From: Eledone cirrhosa
Lineage: Eukaryota
DNA length: 64,000 nucleotides
Assembly (NCBI GenBank): GCA_964016885.1
Contig: OZ024756.1
Span: 32,798,001-32,862,000, forward strand
Direction of reading: 5' to 3'
The translations under genes were made by a program, and so were the position numbers. Shown here in pieces: positions 1 through 13,789 of this stretch (positions are counted from its first letter, which is position 1; each line of letters starts with the position of its first letter). A model generated the notes under the pieces. It was not told the origin of the DNA and ran no database searches. It was given only the letters and a program-made list of their open reading frames with translations.

Positions 1-60
1 GTAATATTACTATTATTATTACTATTATGCTTGTGTGTGTGTGTACATGTCTGCATAAAT

Positions 61-126
<66 letters not shown>

Positions 127-159
127 ACACACACACACATACACACACACACACACACT

Positions 160-202
<43 letters not shown>

Positions 203-240
203 GTTTATATATATTCCTGTGTGTACATATGTCTGCAAAG

Positions 241-425
241 GGCAGTGAATTGGCAGTATCGGTAGAGGGTTGAACGCCATGCTTTCTAGCCTAGTTACGT
301 CCCAAATACATTCTGAGTTCCAATCCCGCCGAGGTTAACTTTGCCTTTCATCCTTACGGGGTCGATAAAATAAAGTACCAGTAATGTACTGGGCAAATGC
401 TGGCCTTTTGCCTAAAGTAGAAACA
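241..425 (+). mobile_element. tRNA-derived SINE, family A
   Basis: A-box-like tggcagtatcgg, B-box-like gagttccaatccc, core gttaactttgcctttcatccttacggggtcgataaaataaagtaccag, (tta)n tail; more than 10 copies in the window. Confidence 0.8.
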
Positions 426-724
426 CTTATTACTATTATTATTATTAAGTGTAATATGTTGTTTTATTTTTGTGTTGTTTATAGAATTCCCGAAGGAATG
501 TTCCAATTTATATCGTCTTTCAACGACTCTCTCTTAAACCCGTCCAAACATTCTTGGCTCCAAGATGTTTTGGAACCGGTATACCATTCTTTTCCACTCC
601 CTGTGTATCTATGAGGGTGGGTGACACATCTGAGTCTGGGTATATGTGTGTGGATATGTATGTGTGTTGCTCATTTCGCATATATGTATTATAGGCCCAA
701 ATATATGACTGTTAGTGTAAGTCT

Positions 725-733
725 ATATGTATG

Positions 734-824
<91 letters not shown>

Positions 825-831
825 GTATATA

Positions 832-893
<62 letters not shown>

Positions 894-916
894 CACTCAT
901 ACACACACACACACAG

Positions 917-977
<61 letters not shown>

Positions 978-987
978 TATACACACG

Positions 988-1033
<46 letters not shown>

Positions 1034-1150
1034 TGTACATATACACACGCACACAAACACATATGTATATATACTCACACAGACACACAGACACAGACAC
1101 ACACACACACACACACACACTCACACACACACATATATATATATATGTAT
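725..1150. repeat. Compound (TA)n/(CA)n microsatellite, representative of dozens in the window
   Basis: Directly visible dinucleotide arrays. Confidence 0.95.
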
Positions 1151-1320
1151 ATTTACACGTATATATCAGCAGTATTTATTCACAGTTGACAAGTTTTAGA
1201 TGAAAAGACCTAACCTTATCTTGGGAAATGCCTTTCTGCGAAAGTCTTTTATTTCCATTATCAAAATATCACATCACCCATGTAAACATACATCTGCTAA
1301 AACAAGCTGCCTGTCTGCTT

Positions 1321-1387
<67 letters not shown>

Positions 1388-1744
1388 GTATATATATATG
1401 CTTCTGTCTGTCTGTTCAGCCATGTCTATGTGTTTGTTGACATCAGTTTGTCGATCTATGTATCTAGTTGTATATCTATATGTCTATTACGATTATCCGG
1501 CTAGTGGTCGTGGGTTCGATTCCGGTTAGTGTATTGTCTCCTTGATCAAAGCACTTTATTTCACGTTACTCTAGCCTACACATTTCGAAAACAAAGACAT
1601 GTATTCTATATGTAATGGAACAGATGTTGAGAATACGCATCTCTGTGGAATATTTCACCGGTAGCAAATCTAGGCATGAGGGTGAGGATTATGAACTCAG
1701 GGTGCACAGAGCCGAATCAAACATCACCTATGCACCGCCGGTGG

Positions 1745-1875
1745 ACTCAGTACATTGCTTTTTGTCGAGTTTGAAAGGATTAAAGGCAAAGTTAACCTTG
1801 GTTAGATTTGAAATCAGAGCCCACCAATGCATTTAAACCAACGCTCTAACTACTCCGCCAATTTCTCGCCTTACT
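1745..1875 (-). mobile_element. SINE family A, degenerate
   Basis: aaaggcaaagttaacctt...gatttgaaatcaga is the reverse complement of the family A core. Confidence 0.6.
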
Positions 1876-2550
1876 TAAAGTGCAGATTAATATCTAAGAG
1901 GTTGATTTTATGGAACAACAAAAATATAAAGACATGAATGTATAGTAAATTAAAATCCACATTTAATCAAGGTTGAAATGTATTTGTCAGAAGGTATATG
2001 AAGATTAGAGGAAAATGCAATGAGAATAAGAAGTGTCAGCTGTTACAATCTGCTAAACACTGGAAAAATAATTATGGTAAATGAAACATCTGCGCTCAAA
2101 TATACTTCAATTTGAAACTAAAAAACAAAACAGACATTGTAATTGACAGGTGTTAACTCTCAACCGTCAGCAAACCAGTGCATACTTTTTTTGCAAAACT
2201 AAGAATATTTTGTTTTTGTCCTGACATATGGCGATTTTTTTTCTTTTTATTCAGGCCTCTCATGTCGTTACATCTTATCGTTTTTTTTTTTTATTGTTAC
2301 TGATAATCCAATGTCTGTCTGAAAGTGAAGTTGAAAGGGAAAAAATTCATTAAAAAAAAATCTATTATTCTGACAAACAGCTTAAATTATCAGATTTCTC
2401 ACACACATCCTCCACCCGTCTCATTCTACAAACATGAAATAAAATAGGCCGTCAATAGTTATATCACATATTGTCATCCAATGGAAATAAGGAGAAACTA
2501 ATTTTTTTTTTTAGAATCACCTTTAAGATATCAACAAGGTGTTTGTGTGT

Positions 2551-2998
<448 letters not shown>

Positions 2999-5654
2999 CA
3001 AGGTTTAGCAAATAAGAAAAAGTTTCAAAATAAATTTTAAAAAATTCGCTGTACTCACTATGGTTACCTTTACCGAATCGGTTTCGAGTCTCAAAAATAA
3101 ATGGACAGTCCTTGCGGCCTTCCATTGCAAAGATAAACTCTAATATATATTGGTTTTTTTATATCTTTTAGAGGATCGCCACAGCAAGCTGTGCCATATT
3201 TTACATGCGTACATAAAATGCCTCAGCTATTGTTTAGTTTGTCTCAGCAAAGATTCTCATTGACAAAAGAGTTTCACTATATATTGGAATTTATTAGTAT
3301 ATCATAGCTTAGTTGGTGTCGTTACTGGGTGGTGTGACTTCAGTACAGTATAACTACGTGTTTGTTCACCTCGAGCTCAAACTCAAGTCTGTTATATATT
3401 TATTTTGTAGCTTCAGTTCCATTCAAGTAAAATAATCGCTCCGTTGTGTAAGAAAGACTGACTTTTTATTGGTACATAGAGTATACAAAACAAACTCAGT
3501 TAGAATGCACCAAATGTCATTCATAAAGGAGTAGTTCAATCGGAGTGTTTATTAGAAATATCTTAATTGAGATGCATGGTAAGAGTATCGAATACCCGGA
3601 CTCCCATGAAACGATCTTATTAATCTGGCAAGCATTTTTTCTCCTCCAATTAGTAAAAAAATATCAATAATAGTTTATTTTCTTACACCTCATAAACGTT
3701 ATTATCATGCTGGATACCAATGTGGGTAGCTGGACATCCTGTGTATTTTTACTCACATATATCGGGTATTAATGTTTATGTATTATAAAGGGCGGGGACT
3801 TTACCTAGTTAAATGAAAGAAATTAATACTAAAACTCTGCTGGAGGCTAGTTTTCGCAGTATTGCTAACTGTACGGCGCATTCGCTTAAGTCTAGAATCA
3901 TGACTCACTTAGTAAGATATGAACCAACGAATACACTCTTGCGTGGTCGCTGCTTTTTCTGGAAATAGCAGAAATGTGTATCTAAAATAATATCCCAGTT
4001 ATTTGAAGCAGATGGGAATGTTTCCAGGTACATTCTCTCTGAAAGTAAAAACATAATAGAACAAAAGGAGAATGGTCTAGCTTTATCTAGAATGCCTTTT
4101 ATATAATATCTAGTCCAGACCTATCAACTCTCCCCGTCCGAAGGGGAGATCTCCCACCCACTTTGGGGTGGATGAGAGATGTCTTGTCTTGTGAAAATGG
4201 GTATAGCTTTCATTATGTAAAATCTCCTCATTTCTCCACGTTTTGAGGAATTTCTTATTATGGTATCCCCGTTTTGGTTTGTAGAGGTTGGCAGATCTGC
4301 TAGTTGGTCAACACAAACATTAACAACGTCTTAAAGAGGACAATAATTTAATTTTTAAAAATACTCCTATTACGGTTCAGATGTCTCTGTGTCTTTGCCG
4401 TGGTTTATATTTCGCCACAGGTTAACAGAACCAGACTTTCCAGTAGTGTGATCATCTCTACGATCGGAACAATCGTTAGAACGCGGGACAAATTAAATGT
4501 TTTGCAATATTTTCTCCCATGGCTCTTTATATTCTGAGTTGAAATCTGATCGACATCAACATTGATTTGCATCGTTCCCTGAAGTTGATAAAATGGAGTA
4601 CTTGTTAAGCACGTAACTCGATTACATTGACCGTACCCTGATCAAAAAAAGAAAAAGAAAAGAAAAAGATGATCTTCAGCCTAAATTAAAAGTCATTATA
4701 TTTTTCCTCAGCGTATCATAGACTAGACGCGTATTGGCTGTCGTTAACATATTGTATAGAATGCTATGTGACCTTCCTGAGGGCTCTCTGCGCCCTGATT
4801 TCAAATCCTTCCGATGTTAACTTTGTCTTTCATCTCCCACGGTCGATAAAAGAATTGCTACTCTTGTACTGGGTCGATTCTTCCTGTTTATCTGTTCCAC
4901 ACTTCCTCTCTACAATGCTCCCGTTCCTCTGGAAGAGATGGTCTGTGTTCAGACATGTACAGCAGATGGGCTCCATCAGGTTTCAAAAGATTCCGAAGAT
5001 ATTACTATATCACTAATGCGCCCCTACATCCATATCTTCTGTTACGTGCCCATACATACTTGTATACAATAGCATACATTCTGCACCTTGCCATTTATTT
5101 ATCAAGACGCCGATTGATGCTTCAGTGTGGTTATTTTGGCGTCGGTATCACAGCAAACATTCTTCCTCTGATGTAAAAATAGAGATGGGAAAGGAGATAT
5201 TTTACGTCTCAGAAATATTGTTTTTTCATCTAGGAATTATTTAAATATATCAATTATATTTTCAACAAGGAAATGTACTAAGTTCACCAAGTCACCTGGA
5301 AATAATCTGGGAACTGGAGTGAAAGGCATTATAATTGGGATGGGTATTCTGTTGACTCATACGTTTTGAAGAATTAGATAAACAAAAAATAAAATAAATA
5401 TTTACACAAGAGGTCATCGACAATTCCTTCGTAGAATCTGTATTTTGGAATAGAAATTATCCCCCGAATGTCACTTTTTTTCAGACCTCCCACCGACACA
5501 AACAGTATTCAGTGATGTGAAATATTAATAACAGAATCCACAATTTACTGTTGATATTGTAAGTACGCATAGTCTAACTTCCCATACCTATATATGCATA
5601 ATGAAAAATGGAGTATCAGGGAAGTACAGGTACAGCAAACACACACATAAACGC

Positions 5655-5945
5655 ATATGGGTCTGAGTTCGATTCTTGGACCGGGTGATGCATTGTGTCC
5701 TTGAGACAGACAATTTATTATTTCACGATGCTCCAGTTTACTCAGCTGTATAAATAATCTGTGACATCACTAGTGCCAAGTTGTATCAGCCGTTGGCCTT
5801 CACTTAGGCAACATGGGTGGCGTGGAGAAAGGAAGCTGGTATACATGGGCAACTGCTCGTCTTTTCAAAAAAAACTTGCCCGGAATTGTGCCTCGGAGGG
5901 CAACTTTCTAGGTGCAAATCCCATGGTCATTTGTGACCGAAGGAT
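5655..5945 (+). mobile_element. SINE family B-related copy with longer 3' body
   Basis: gagttcgattcttgg...gtgtccttgagacagaca...tatttcacgatgctcc matches the family B head. Confidence 0.6.
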
Positions 5946-6199
5946 GTCAATACACTTGAAGTGGCATAGAACCCGTTCTGAACCACGGGGTTCATTGCAA
6001 ACCTCGTTTAATGACTTCTGGTGCTTTCGCTTAAAATAGAGCTCCATTTGCAATTTCAGTTAAATTTTGAAGCAGTAGCTTTAAGGATATTTAGAATTAT
6101 AAGGATTTTATCCTCATCTCATTTCTACGATATATTCAACAGAACTTAATATGTGACAGATTTAGGGTCATATTACGGGTTCCGAAGCGTTCGCTTTTA

Positions 6200-6530
6200 A
6201 CTACATTCATTCGTAAGGCATGGGTCTTTCCATATTTGTATCTTATCGATTCGCTACACCACTCCCATCCATTGCGCAAAGAGTCTTGTCTGGGGTTTTA
6301 AGGTTTCAATGTCCTTATATGTGCAAGAATCTTCGAGATTGGGGCAAAGTAGGTGCTTTATAGTTTGCAATTGCCCGCATTCGCAGTTGGAATCATCATC
6401 GGTTGCATAACCACATTTCTAAAGGTTGACTCTACATCAACCAACAGATGTTCGGAGACGATTCCGATGACTATGATACCTAGCACTTTATCAAGAAGCC
6501 AGACTATGGGATCGAACCCAACTTTGTATT
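6200..6530 (-). pseudogene. Highly decayed CR1/L2-like LINE ORF2 fragment
   Basis: Minus-strand peptides KVLGIIV..EH and YKDIETLK..R resemble the KDLGV and DIELLERVQR motifs of CR1-group RT C-termini; frameshifted. Confidence 0.4.
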
Positions 6531-6555
6531 TGTTTTCAGACTGTCATCTTAATTA

Positions 6556-6675
6556 ATGGTTTCTACAATAGGCACAAGACCAGCAATTATCCTAGTGTAT
6601 TACAGGTACTTTATTTTATCGACCCGTGTTAGGATGAACGGCAAAGTTAACCTCGACGGGATTTGAACTCAGAAT
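6556..6675 (-). mobile_element. SINE family A, partial
   Basis: ggtactttattttatcgaccc...ggcaaagttaacctcgacgggatttgaactcaga. Confidence 0.75.
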
Positions 6676-7681
6676 GACTATCATCTTAATTAATTTTAGG
6701 TAATTTTTGTTTTTGACTCCCGCTCTCCTATTAAAAGAAGAAAATTGTATATTTTAATTCTTTTGTCAAACCATATGATAATTTTGTCACACTAATGATT
6801 ATATAGCCAATCTCTTAACTATTCTACTATACTGCGCCCATGTAAATAATTACGCTCGCTTGGAAATTCGCTTGAAACACTTTCACTACTTTCGGAACAG
6901 TAAATATGGAAAAAGTGAAGGACATCAAAGCAGCTCACACAAGCATGTACAATGTAGCTGATAAAGATGTGTTCCGGTCTTTAGAAATTATTTCAATTAG
7001 AAATTGTGTACCAAGCGCTGCCTACGCTTTTACCCGCGAAAATGTTCACGTACGTTTAGTTCCAGAGATATTATGAGACACACATATATATATAATGTCA
7101 GTAGACCTGTACAATGTTATAACAACTAATATTCTAGATAAGGATTATTTTATGCATTTTTATTATTTAAACAAAAATGAATATCATAAATCAACAAGCT
7201 TTGTTACTTTGATTAAGCAGCATATTTTAATTAATTTTGCAAATTTTTGTTCGTGCTGGTTTTATATAATTCTTTGATGTTTGATGAAGGAGGAATTCTA
7301 TAGTGCAATTTTAAGAGCACCAACCCCTCCTCACATACCCCCTCAAAAAAGAGAAGAAAATAAAAAATAAAACTAGCAAAAGAAAGAAGCAAGCGAGACT
7401 CTGAAAAAATGAATGAGAGAAATCGTGAGTTATGTTGGACAGATAAGAGAGAGAAAGAGAAATACAAGAGGGTGAAGAGATAGGGAGGGATAGGGTTAGT
7501 GAACGTTCAAAATTAAGCTCATAAGTTCAATTTCTGTTGATCAGCAGTATACTATAATAGATTGTATTATTACAGTTATTATTTCTATACATACATATAT
7601 ATATATATATAATAATATATATATATATAGGTGTATGCATATATACTTGTATGTATACGTATACATATATAGATGTGTGTG

Positions 7682-7736
<55 letters not shown>

Positions 7737-8035
7737 GGGTGAGAGACGAAGATATGTAAGAACGGAAAATGGAAGACAGATTGGCTTATAAGATAAAACG
7801 GAAGTGAAAGGTGCAACAGGAAGTGATGTTAATGAACATTAACATTAAAATCGAATGAACACCAGAATAATCTTACATCATTAGATTCATCTATACATGG
7901 ATACACACACACCGAAGACCCACACACTTGGACTTACATTCATGTATATATTATATGCATATATTGATCGCTCTCTGTCTTCTGCCTGTCTGTTTGTCTC
8001 TCTCCCCTCTCTTTCTCTCTCTCTCCATCCCTCCA

Positions 8036-8101
<66 letters not shown>

Positions 8102-8323
8102 ATATATATATGAATGTGTGTGTGTATTTATGAAGAGTATTTTTAATGGCCGGAACAATTTTCATTTCGTCAAAAATATATGAATAAATTAGTTTTACAT
8201 GTGAATTGAGGAGAGTTCTTTTGTCTTCCTGATTTCGTATTCTAAGGATTTCCTTTACTTCTTTATATTCTTGCAGCCATAAATCCATACATATATATAC
8301 ATACATGCACGATCAAACACTCA

Positions 8324-8362
<39 letters not shown>

Positions 8363-8597
8363 TTATATTCACTCTCAGTAGCGATTGCATGTAATGTTGT
8401 GTAATATGTAATGTTGAGTAAAATCCCAGAAGAGACACATAATTGTTTGGTTCAATACAACACACGTAAATGGTCCCCCAATCTATATCCGTACTCGAGA
8501 TTCGGCCACACTTAATGAAGCAATAGATTGCACAACATCCACTCTTTGCATTTATTAAGCAACAATTCACAATCGGCTTCTTTAACTATATATATAT

Positions 8598-8760
8598 AAC
8601 GAAGGAAATGTGGTAAGGAACCAGATGGACCATAACGCACCAAAGTACTCAATACTTAGGGTAGTAGATTGGGTAATAGGAACGAGTAGGACCCCGACGG
8701 CTGGCTGAGCTCTAGTCGCAACGGCTTGAGCTCAGCCGTCGGGGTCCTACTCGTTCCTAT
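8598..8760. mobile_element. (TA)n-inserted short element, family F, fold-back copy
   Basis: ataggaacgagtaggaccccgacggctg / cagccgtcggggtcctactcgttcctat inverted arms; relatives at 8975, 12644, 19332, 50668, 54728. Confidence 0.75.
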
Positions 8761-8788
8761 ATATATATATATATATATATATATTCAT

Positions 8789-8908
8789 TCTCACAAGCTC
8801 CGATGAATTGACTGGTTATAACTTTGTATTGGTGATCGAGTAACGTGAAAATAAGCGGATAGCGATCTCTAGACTACCAGTTCAGAGAAACAATTGTTAG
8901 CAATGAGA
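8789..8908 (+). ncRNA. Type I hammerhead ribozyme motif (U4C core, long stem II)
   Basis: gct-CCGATGA-at tgactggt...accagttca ga-GAAAC-aatt-GTT-agc; palindromic stem III, stem I extendable by ctca/tgag. Confidence 0.6.
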
Positions 8909-8974
8909 TTAAAAACCTTTTTTGTATAGCAAACCGTGTCACTCTTCTTTCCTGATTTATATATATATATATAT

Positions 8975-9186
8975 AGGAAAAGAGTCAGGACCCCGATGGT
9001 TGTGCTCCGGCCGTCTCGACAGCTTGATCCGTACGTGATAAAAATCAGTTTGGATCTAGCTGCCGAAACGGTCGAATCTCAGCCGTCGGGGTCCTGACTC
9101 TTCTCCAGTTACCGACTCTACTATCCTAAGTATCGAGTACCCTGGTACGTTATGGTCAGTCTGGTTCCTTACACCTTCTTTGTTTT
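8975..9186. mobile_element. Family F fold-back copy
   Basis: agagtcaggaccccgatgg / ccgtcggggtcctgactct inverted arms between TA runs. Confidence 0.7.
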
Positions 9187-9388
9187 ATTATATATATATA
9201 AGCGCGAGACAGAGATAGTGATATATGCATACCAAGTTATATTGTCAATCTTTACTATTAGTTGATATAAGTTCCATATACACACACATACAAATGCATC
9301 CACATACAGATCGGTAGATAGATAGATAGATACATTTTTATTATATTATATAAATCTTTATTTTATTATATAAATGTGCATATGTGTA

Positions 9389-9429
<41 letters not shown>

Positions 9430-9431
<2 letters not shown>

Positions 9432-9738
9432 TAACCTTGGTCTTCCTCTTCTAGTGTGTCCATGTAGGGGCTCCCAAAGGAGCACTGAGTGCAATGTCAA
9501 CTCTGGATGTCGGTGAGCATGTCCAGCCAACCTCAGTCTCCTCTGTGTCACTTTTGAGCTGACTTTTGGGATGCTCCCATACAGCTCTGAGTTTTTCATC
9601 CTCAGTGTATACTGATTAATGTTCAGAGCCTAAGGACAGACACTGGTCTGTTGGAGATGCAGGATATGGCAGCGATAATGAGGGACAGAGACCGCTGGAG
9701 AGAACTCGTCCATGGATCTCGGGAATTTTACCCGCCTT

Positions 9739-9740
<2 letters not shown>
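9430..9740 (+). mobile_element. RTE-clade LINE 3' end with 5' inversion
   Basis: 9430-9630 encodes NSELYGSIPKVSSKVTQRRLRLAGHAHRH..GRP on minus; 9628-9740 is the 3' end on plus; matches 51460-52187. Confidence 0.85.
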
Positions 9741-9807
<67 letters not shown>

Positions 9808-10331
9808 ACTGGTAATATATCTTACTGGTAATAAGGTAGTAATGAATTACTGTCTTTCACTATTTAGGGTTTTAAATATTTATAACTATAAAAGGTTTTA
9901 GTATATACATAACCATAAATAGTATCCTTAATACTATATATATATAGTTGGTGAATGTTGTGAAAATTCATAATTTACGTGGATCTTAATGGAAAGGGAT
10001 AGAGTCTAAAAGAATGAATGACATACGAGAAAGGAAATTATACTAAGAATGTTTAAGCCAGTAGAAAACTAACCAGACCTAGACTGTGATAAATAAATCA
10101 AAAGCGTGGGTAGCACTGCTTTAGTACATGGTGGTAGGATGGTAAAGAACTGTGAGAGAGAAATGGAAAGAGAGAAAGAAAAGCTGGAGAAGAGATTGTA
10201 GATAGGGGAATGGAAAGGGTCAAGGAGAGGGGGTGAGAAAAGAAAGAATTAGTAAAAGGAAAAAAAGAGGGAAAGGACAAGAGGCGCGGTGAGGGATTGA
10301 AAAAAAAATAGGAGAGACAAGGCGAATAAAC

Positions 10332-10375
<44 letters not shown>

Positions 10376-10613
10376 AAGATAGAGAGAAGGTCAATAGAAA
10401 AGAAAAGAGAGAAGAAGTGAGAGAGAGAGAGAGAGAGAGAAGCGCAGAAAAGGATAGAAGAGGAATACAGAGAAAGGTGATATAGGGGAGGAAAAGAGAA
10501 TATAGAATTATTAAAAGGAAGAGTAAGAAAGGAAACGCAGGGTGGATGAGAATATGAGGAAAATAAAGGCGAGTTTATAGAAGAGAAATTGGGAGCGATT
10601 GAGTAAAATGTGA

Positions 10614-10657
<44 letters not shown>

Positions 10658-10959
10658 TCACATTTATATATATATATATACTGAGTAAAAAAATATTGAA
10701 ATGTTCAGAGAGAAATTGAGAAAAATGGAGACGATAAAAGAAATAGTGACGAAAGAAAAGCAAGCGAAGGATTTGGAGAGAGAAAGGGTAGAAGAGAATA
10801 AGAAATATAGGAAAAGTAGGAGGGAAAGAGAAAGAGATGAGAGAGGTGAAGGTATCAGTTATATGGAAAGTGTTTCTTTGTGTTTTATCTCGGTGTAGAA
10901 TTAAAGAAACTGCCGCTAGCGATTCATCACTTTATCTCTTTAAAAAAACCAAATACATG

Positions 10960-11510
10960 GACTAAATGATAATGAGAGAATTTTCTATAGATTCAATGAA
11001 AGAAGGAATGAAAGAATTAATGAATAATGGAATAAGCGAAGGAATATTTTTCGGAATAACGAACAAAACGATCGTCTCAAATGAAAAGAAATAAAAGCGT
11101 TCTAAAAATATGTAATAATCCAGTGAATGAAGGCAACAATTAAAAGAATGAAAGAATAAACACGAAAGATTATAGGGGAGGATAAATAAAAGTGAAAGAA
11201 AAAGGCTAAGAATGAATATAGGTATATATATTTCCGAGGAATAATAAACAAAACGTTCCTTCCCAGTGAAAACAAATATATTTTAAATGCTGTTGGCGAA
11301 CGAATGAAAAGATAAAAGTGAAAGAATTAGCGAATGAATATTTCTGGGAATTATAAACAAAACGGTGGTTTGTAATGAAAAAGAAGAAAGATATCGCAAG
11401 CAGCGTGAATGAAATAATAAGGAATAAATGAAAAATCGAAGGAATGTGAAGGAATCCATTTATATTACGAATAAAGGATCAACAGATCCTTTCTAGTGGA
11501 GATAATACAT
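10960..11510. repeat. Degenerate purine-rich tandem repeat
   Basis: Recurring ggaata..aacaaaacg..tgaaaa motif near 11050, 11240, 11345 and 11470. Confidence 0.5.
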
Positions 11511-11588
11511 AGGAATGATATAGAACAAATATATATATATATATATATATAATATAAGATCAAAAGATGGTTAAAGGAGTTCAATATA

Positions 11589-11655
11589 TTTTATTATGCG
11601 CATTTCAAAAACAAACATCATCAAGCAATAATATTTGTGTTTTCATCAGATAAAA
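11589..11655 (-). ncRNA. Type I hammerhead ribozyme motif (H1, inverted arm)
   Basis: Reverse complement of 11785-11851. Confidence 0.8.
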
Positions 11656-11784
11656 CAGGAGAACATGATATGAAGGCTAAAAAACACTTGTTGATAGTGC
11701 AGTTTTAAATCAACATATCTAACTGCAACATATCTAACTGCACTATCAACAAGTGCTTTTTAGCCTTCATATCATGTTCTCCTG

Positions 11785-11851
11785 TTTTATCTGATGAAAA
11801 CACAAATATTATTGCTTGATGATGTTTGTTTTTGAAATGCGCATAATAAAA
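11785..11851 (+). ncRNA. Type I hammerhead ribozyme motif (H1)
   Basis: ttttat-CTGATGA-aaac acaaatattatt gctt gatgatgtttgt tttt-GAAA-tgcgca-TA-ataaaa. Confidence 0.8.
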
Positions 11852-11982
11852 TATATTGAACTCCTTTAACCATCTTTTGATCTTATATTGTATTATGCAT
11901 ACTCCAGTCCCACAAACTGTAGAGTGCTTCTTATCCGATATCTGCATTGCTTTATTGTACTACAATAAAACTCACCTCCTAC

Positions 11983-12017
<35 letters not shown>

Positions 12018-12113
12018 GTAATAATAATACATTTGAAGACTAAAATCCCGTTAAGGGTGAAAGCAGCGATTCTTTGCTTAAACTGTATCTGTTATTTTAA
12101 TATATATATATAT

Positions 12114-12556
12114 AAGTATGTACACGTGCATACTTATATGTATACAGACGTACAGTAGTATGTATATATATATACATACATGCACACATATATATATGTA
12201 CGTATGGTTTCACCGAACATTTATTATAATGCTCGGTGTGCTTGTAAACAAACATCTCGTATTAAGCCGTAGTGTCCGGCAACCATCGTTGAACAAACGA
12301 GCAACGATGGTTGCTGGACACTACGGCTTAATACGGGATGTTTGTTTACAAGCACACCAAGCATTTTAATAAATGTTCGGTGAATCCATACGTACATATA
12401 TATATATATATATATGTGTGCATGTATGTATATATATATATATACATACTACTGTACGTCTGTATACATATATGTATGTACGTGTACATACTTATATTTA
12501 AGTATCAGCCGTACTAAGAGTGGGAAATGAAATTTCGTTTCATTTTTTTCGTTCAA
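12114..12556. mobile_element. (TA)n-inserted fold-back element; no clear hammerhead core
   Basis: ~180 bp inverted arms around a short loop at 12291-12301; single-arm relatives at ~26895-27022 and ~32015-32222. Confidence 0.75.
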
Positions 12557-12681
12557 TATATATATATATATATATTTATTAAAATAACAGATTAAAGTTT
12601 AATTTAAAGTATTATTATTACTATATATATATATATATATAAAAACAAGGTAAGTGTGGTAAGAAACCTGGTGGACCATAA

Positions 12682-12749
<68 letters not shown>

Positions 12750-13082
12750 TATTGAAAAGCACTGGTTGAATTGTGGTTGTTATGAATGCTGTTGATGCTG
12801 TTGAAATTGCTGATGTTGCTATTGTCGTTATTCCTTTGGTATTTGTAATTCTTCTTGTTGTTGGTGTTACGGTTGATGCTGCTGTAGTTGTTATTCTAGT
12901 GACTGTTGTGGTTGTTGTTGCTCTTTTATTACCGAAGAAAATGGTTTGCCACGAAAGCAATTGGATCTAAAATATGGAAAAGGGGAAGAACAAAATAAAA
13001 ACCACATGCAGTCGCCTATAAAAGGTTTCGCAATGGAGAGATTTTGAAAACTGTGTGCTTGAAACAATAACACTGATTTGAA

Positions 13083-13380
13083 CAACAATAATAATATAAT
13101 AAACTGCAAGAAAGAAACAACAATAACAAGAAGTATAACAGCAATAACAAAAGAAAGAACTCAACATCATCAGCAACAAGTACATAAGAAAAATAATTAC
13201 AATACATTTAATATTTATAACAACAACAACAATAATAATATAATCAACTTCAAGAAAGAAACAACAATAACAAGAAGTATAACAGCAATAACAAAAGAAA
13301 GAACTCAACATCATCAGCAACAAGTACATAAGAAAAATAATTACAACACGCTTAATATTTATAACAACAACAATAATAAC
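13083..13380. repeat. Two-copy tandem duplication, ~147 bp unit
   Basis: caagaaagaaacaacaataacaagaagtataacagc...catcatcagcaacaagtacataag occurs twice. Confidence 0.9.
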
Positions 13381-13789
13381 AGTTTTAATTAAAAAAAAAA
13401 CAGCATCAATAACAGCAACGTAAGTAGCAGTAACAACAGCAAAAACAGAAATAATGGTAACTACAACAGCAACAAGAATAGCAATAGCTCAGTAAAAAAA
13501 AAAAAAAGTAAAAAAAAAGACAGCAATGACAACTACCGAGAAACGTAACAATAACGACGACATCAACATCAATAATAGCTACAGCAACAGCAGCAGCAAC
13601 AGCAGCAACAACAACAGCAACATCATAAAATCAATTAAAATTTTATGAAAATCAAAACAAAAGTTAATTCACAAAAGGTAAAAAAATTAATGTAAGGGTT
13701 TCTATGGGAATTGATAAGTGTGTTGGCGGTGATGGAGGTAGTGTTGTTGTTGGTGGTGGGGTAACTAATATTGTTGGTGTTGGTGTTGG

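Larger units (their letters stand above)
11551..11985 (+). mobile_element. (TA)n-inserted fold-back element, family H1 (Penelope pLTR/retrozyme-like)
   Basis: ~155 bp inverted arms (11551-11704 / 11736-11889) plus unique tail; second copy at 21001-21330. Confidence 0.8.

Noticed and set aside
11551-11889. Fold-backs as MITEs
   Set aside because: Arms are asymmetric with one-sided tails and variable fold points between copies, unlike fixed terminal inverted repeats
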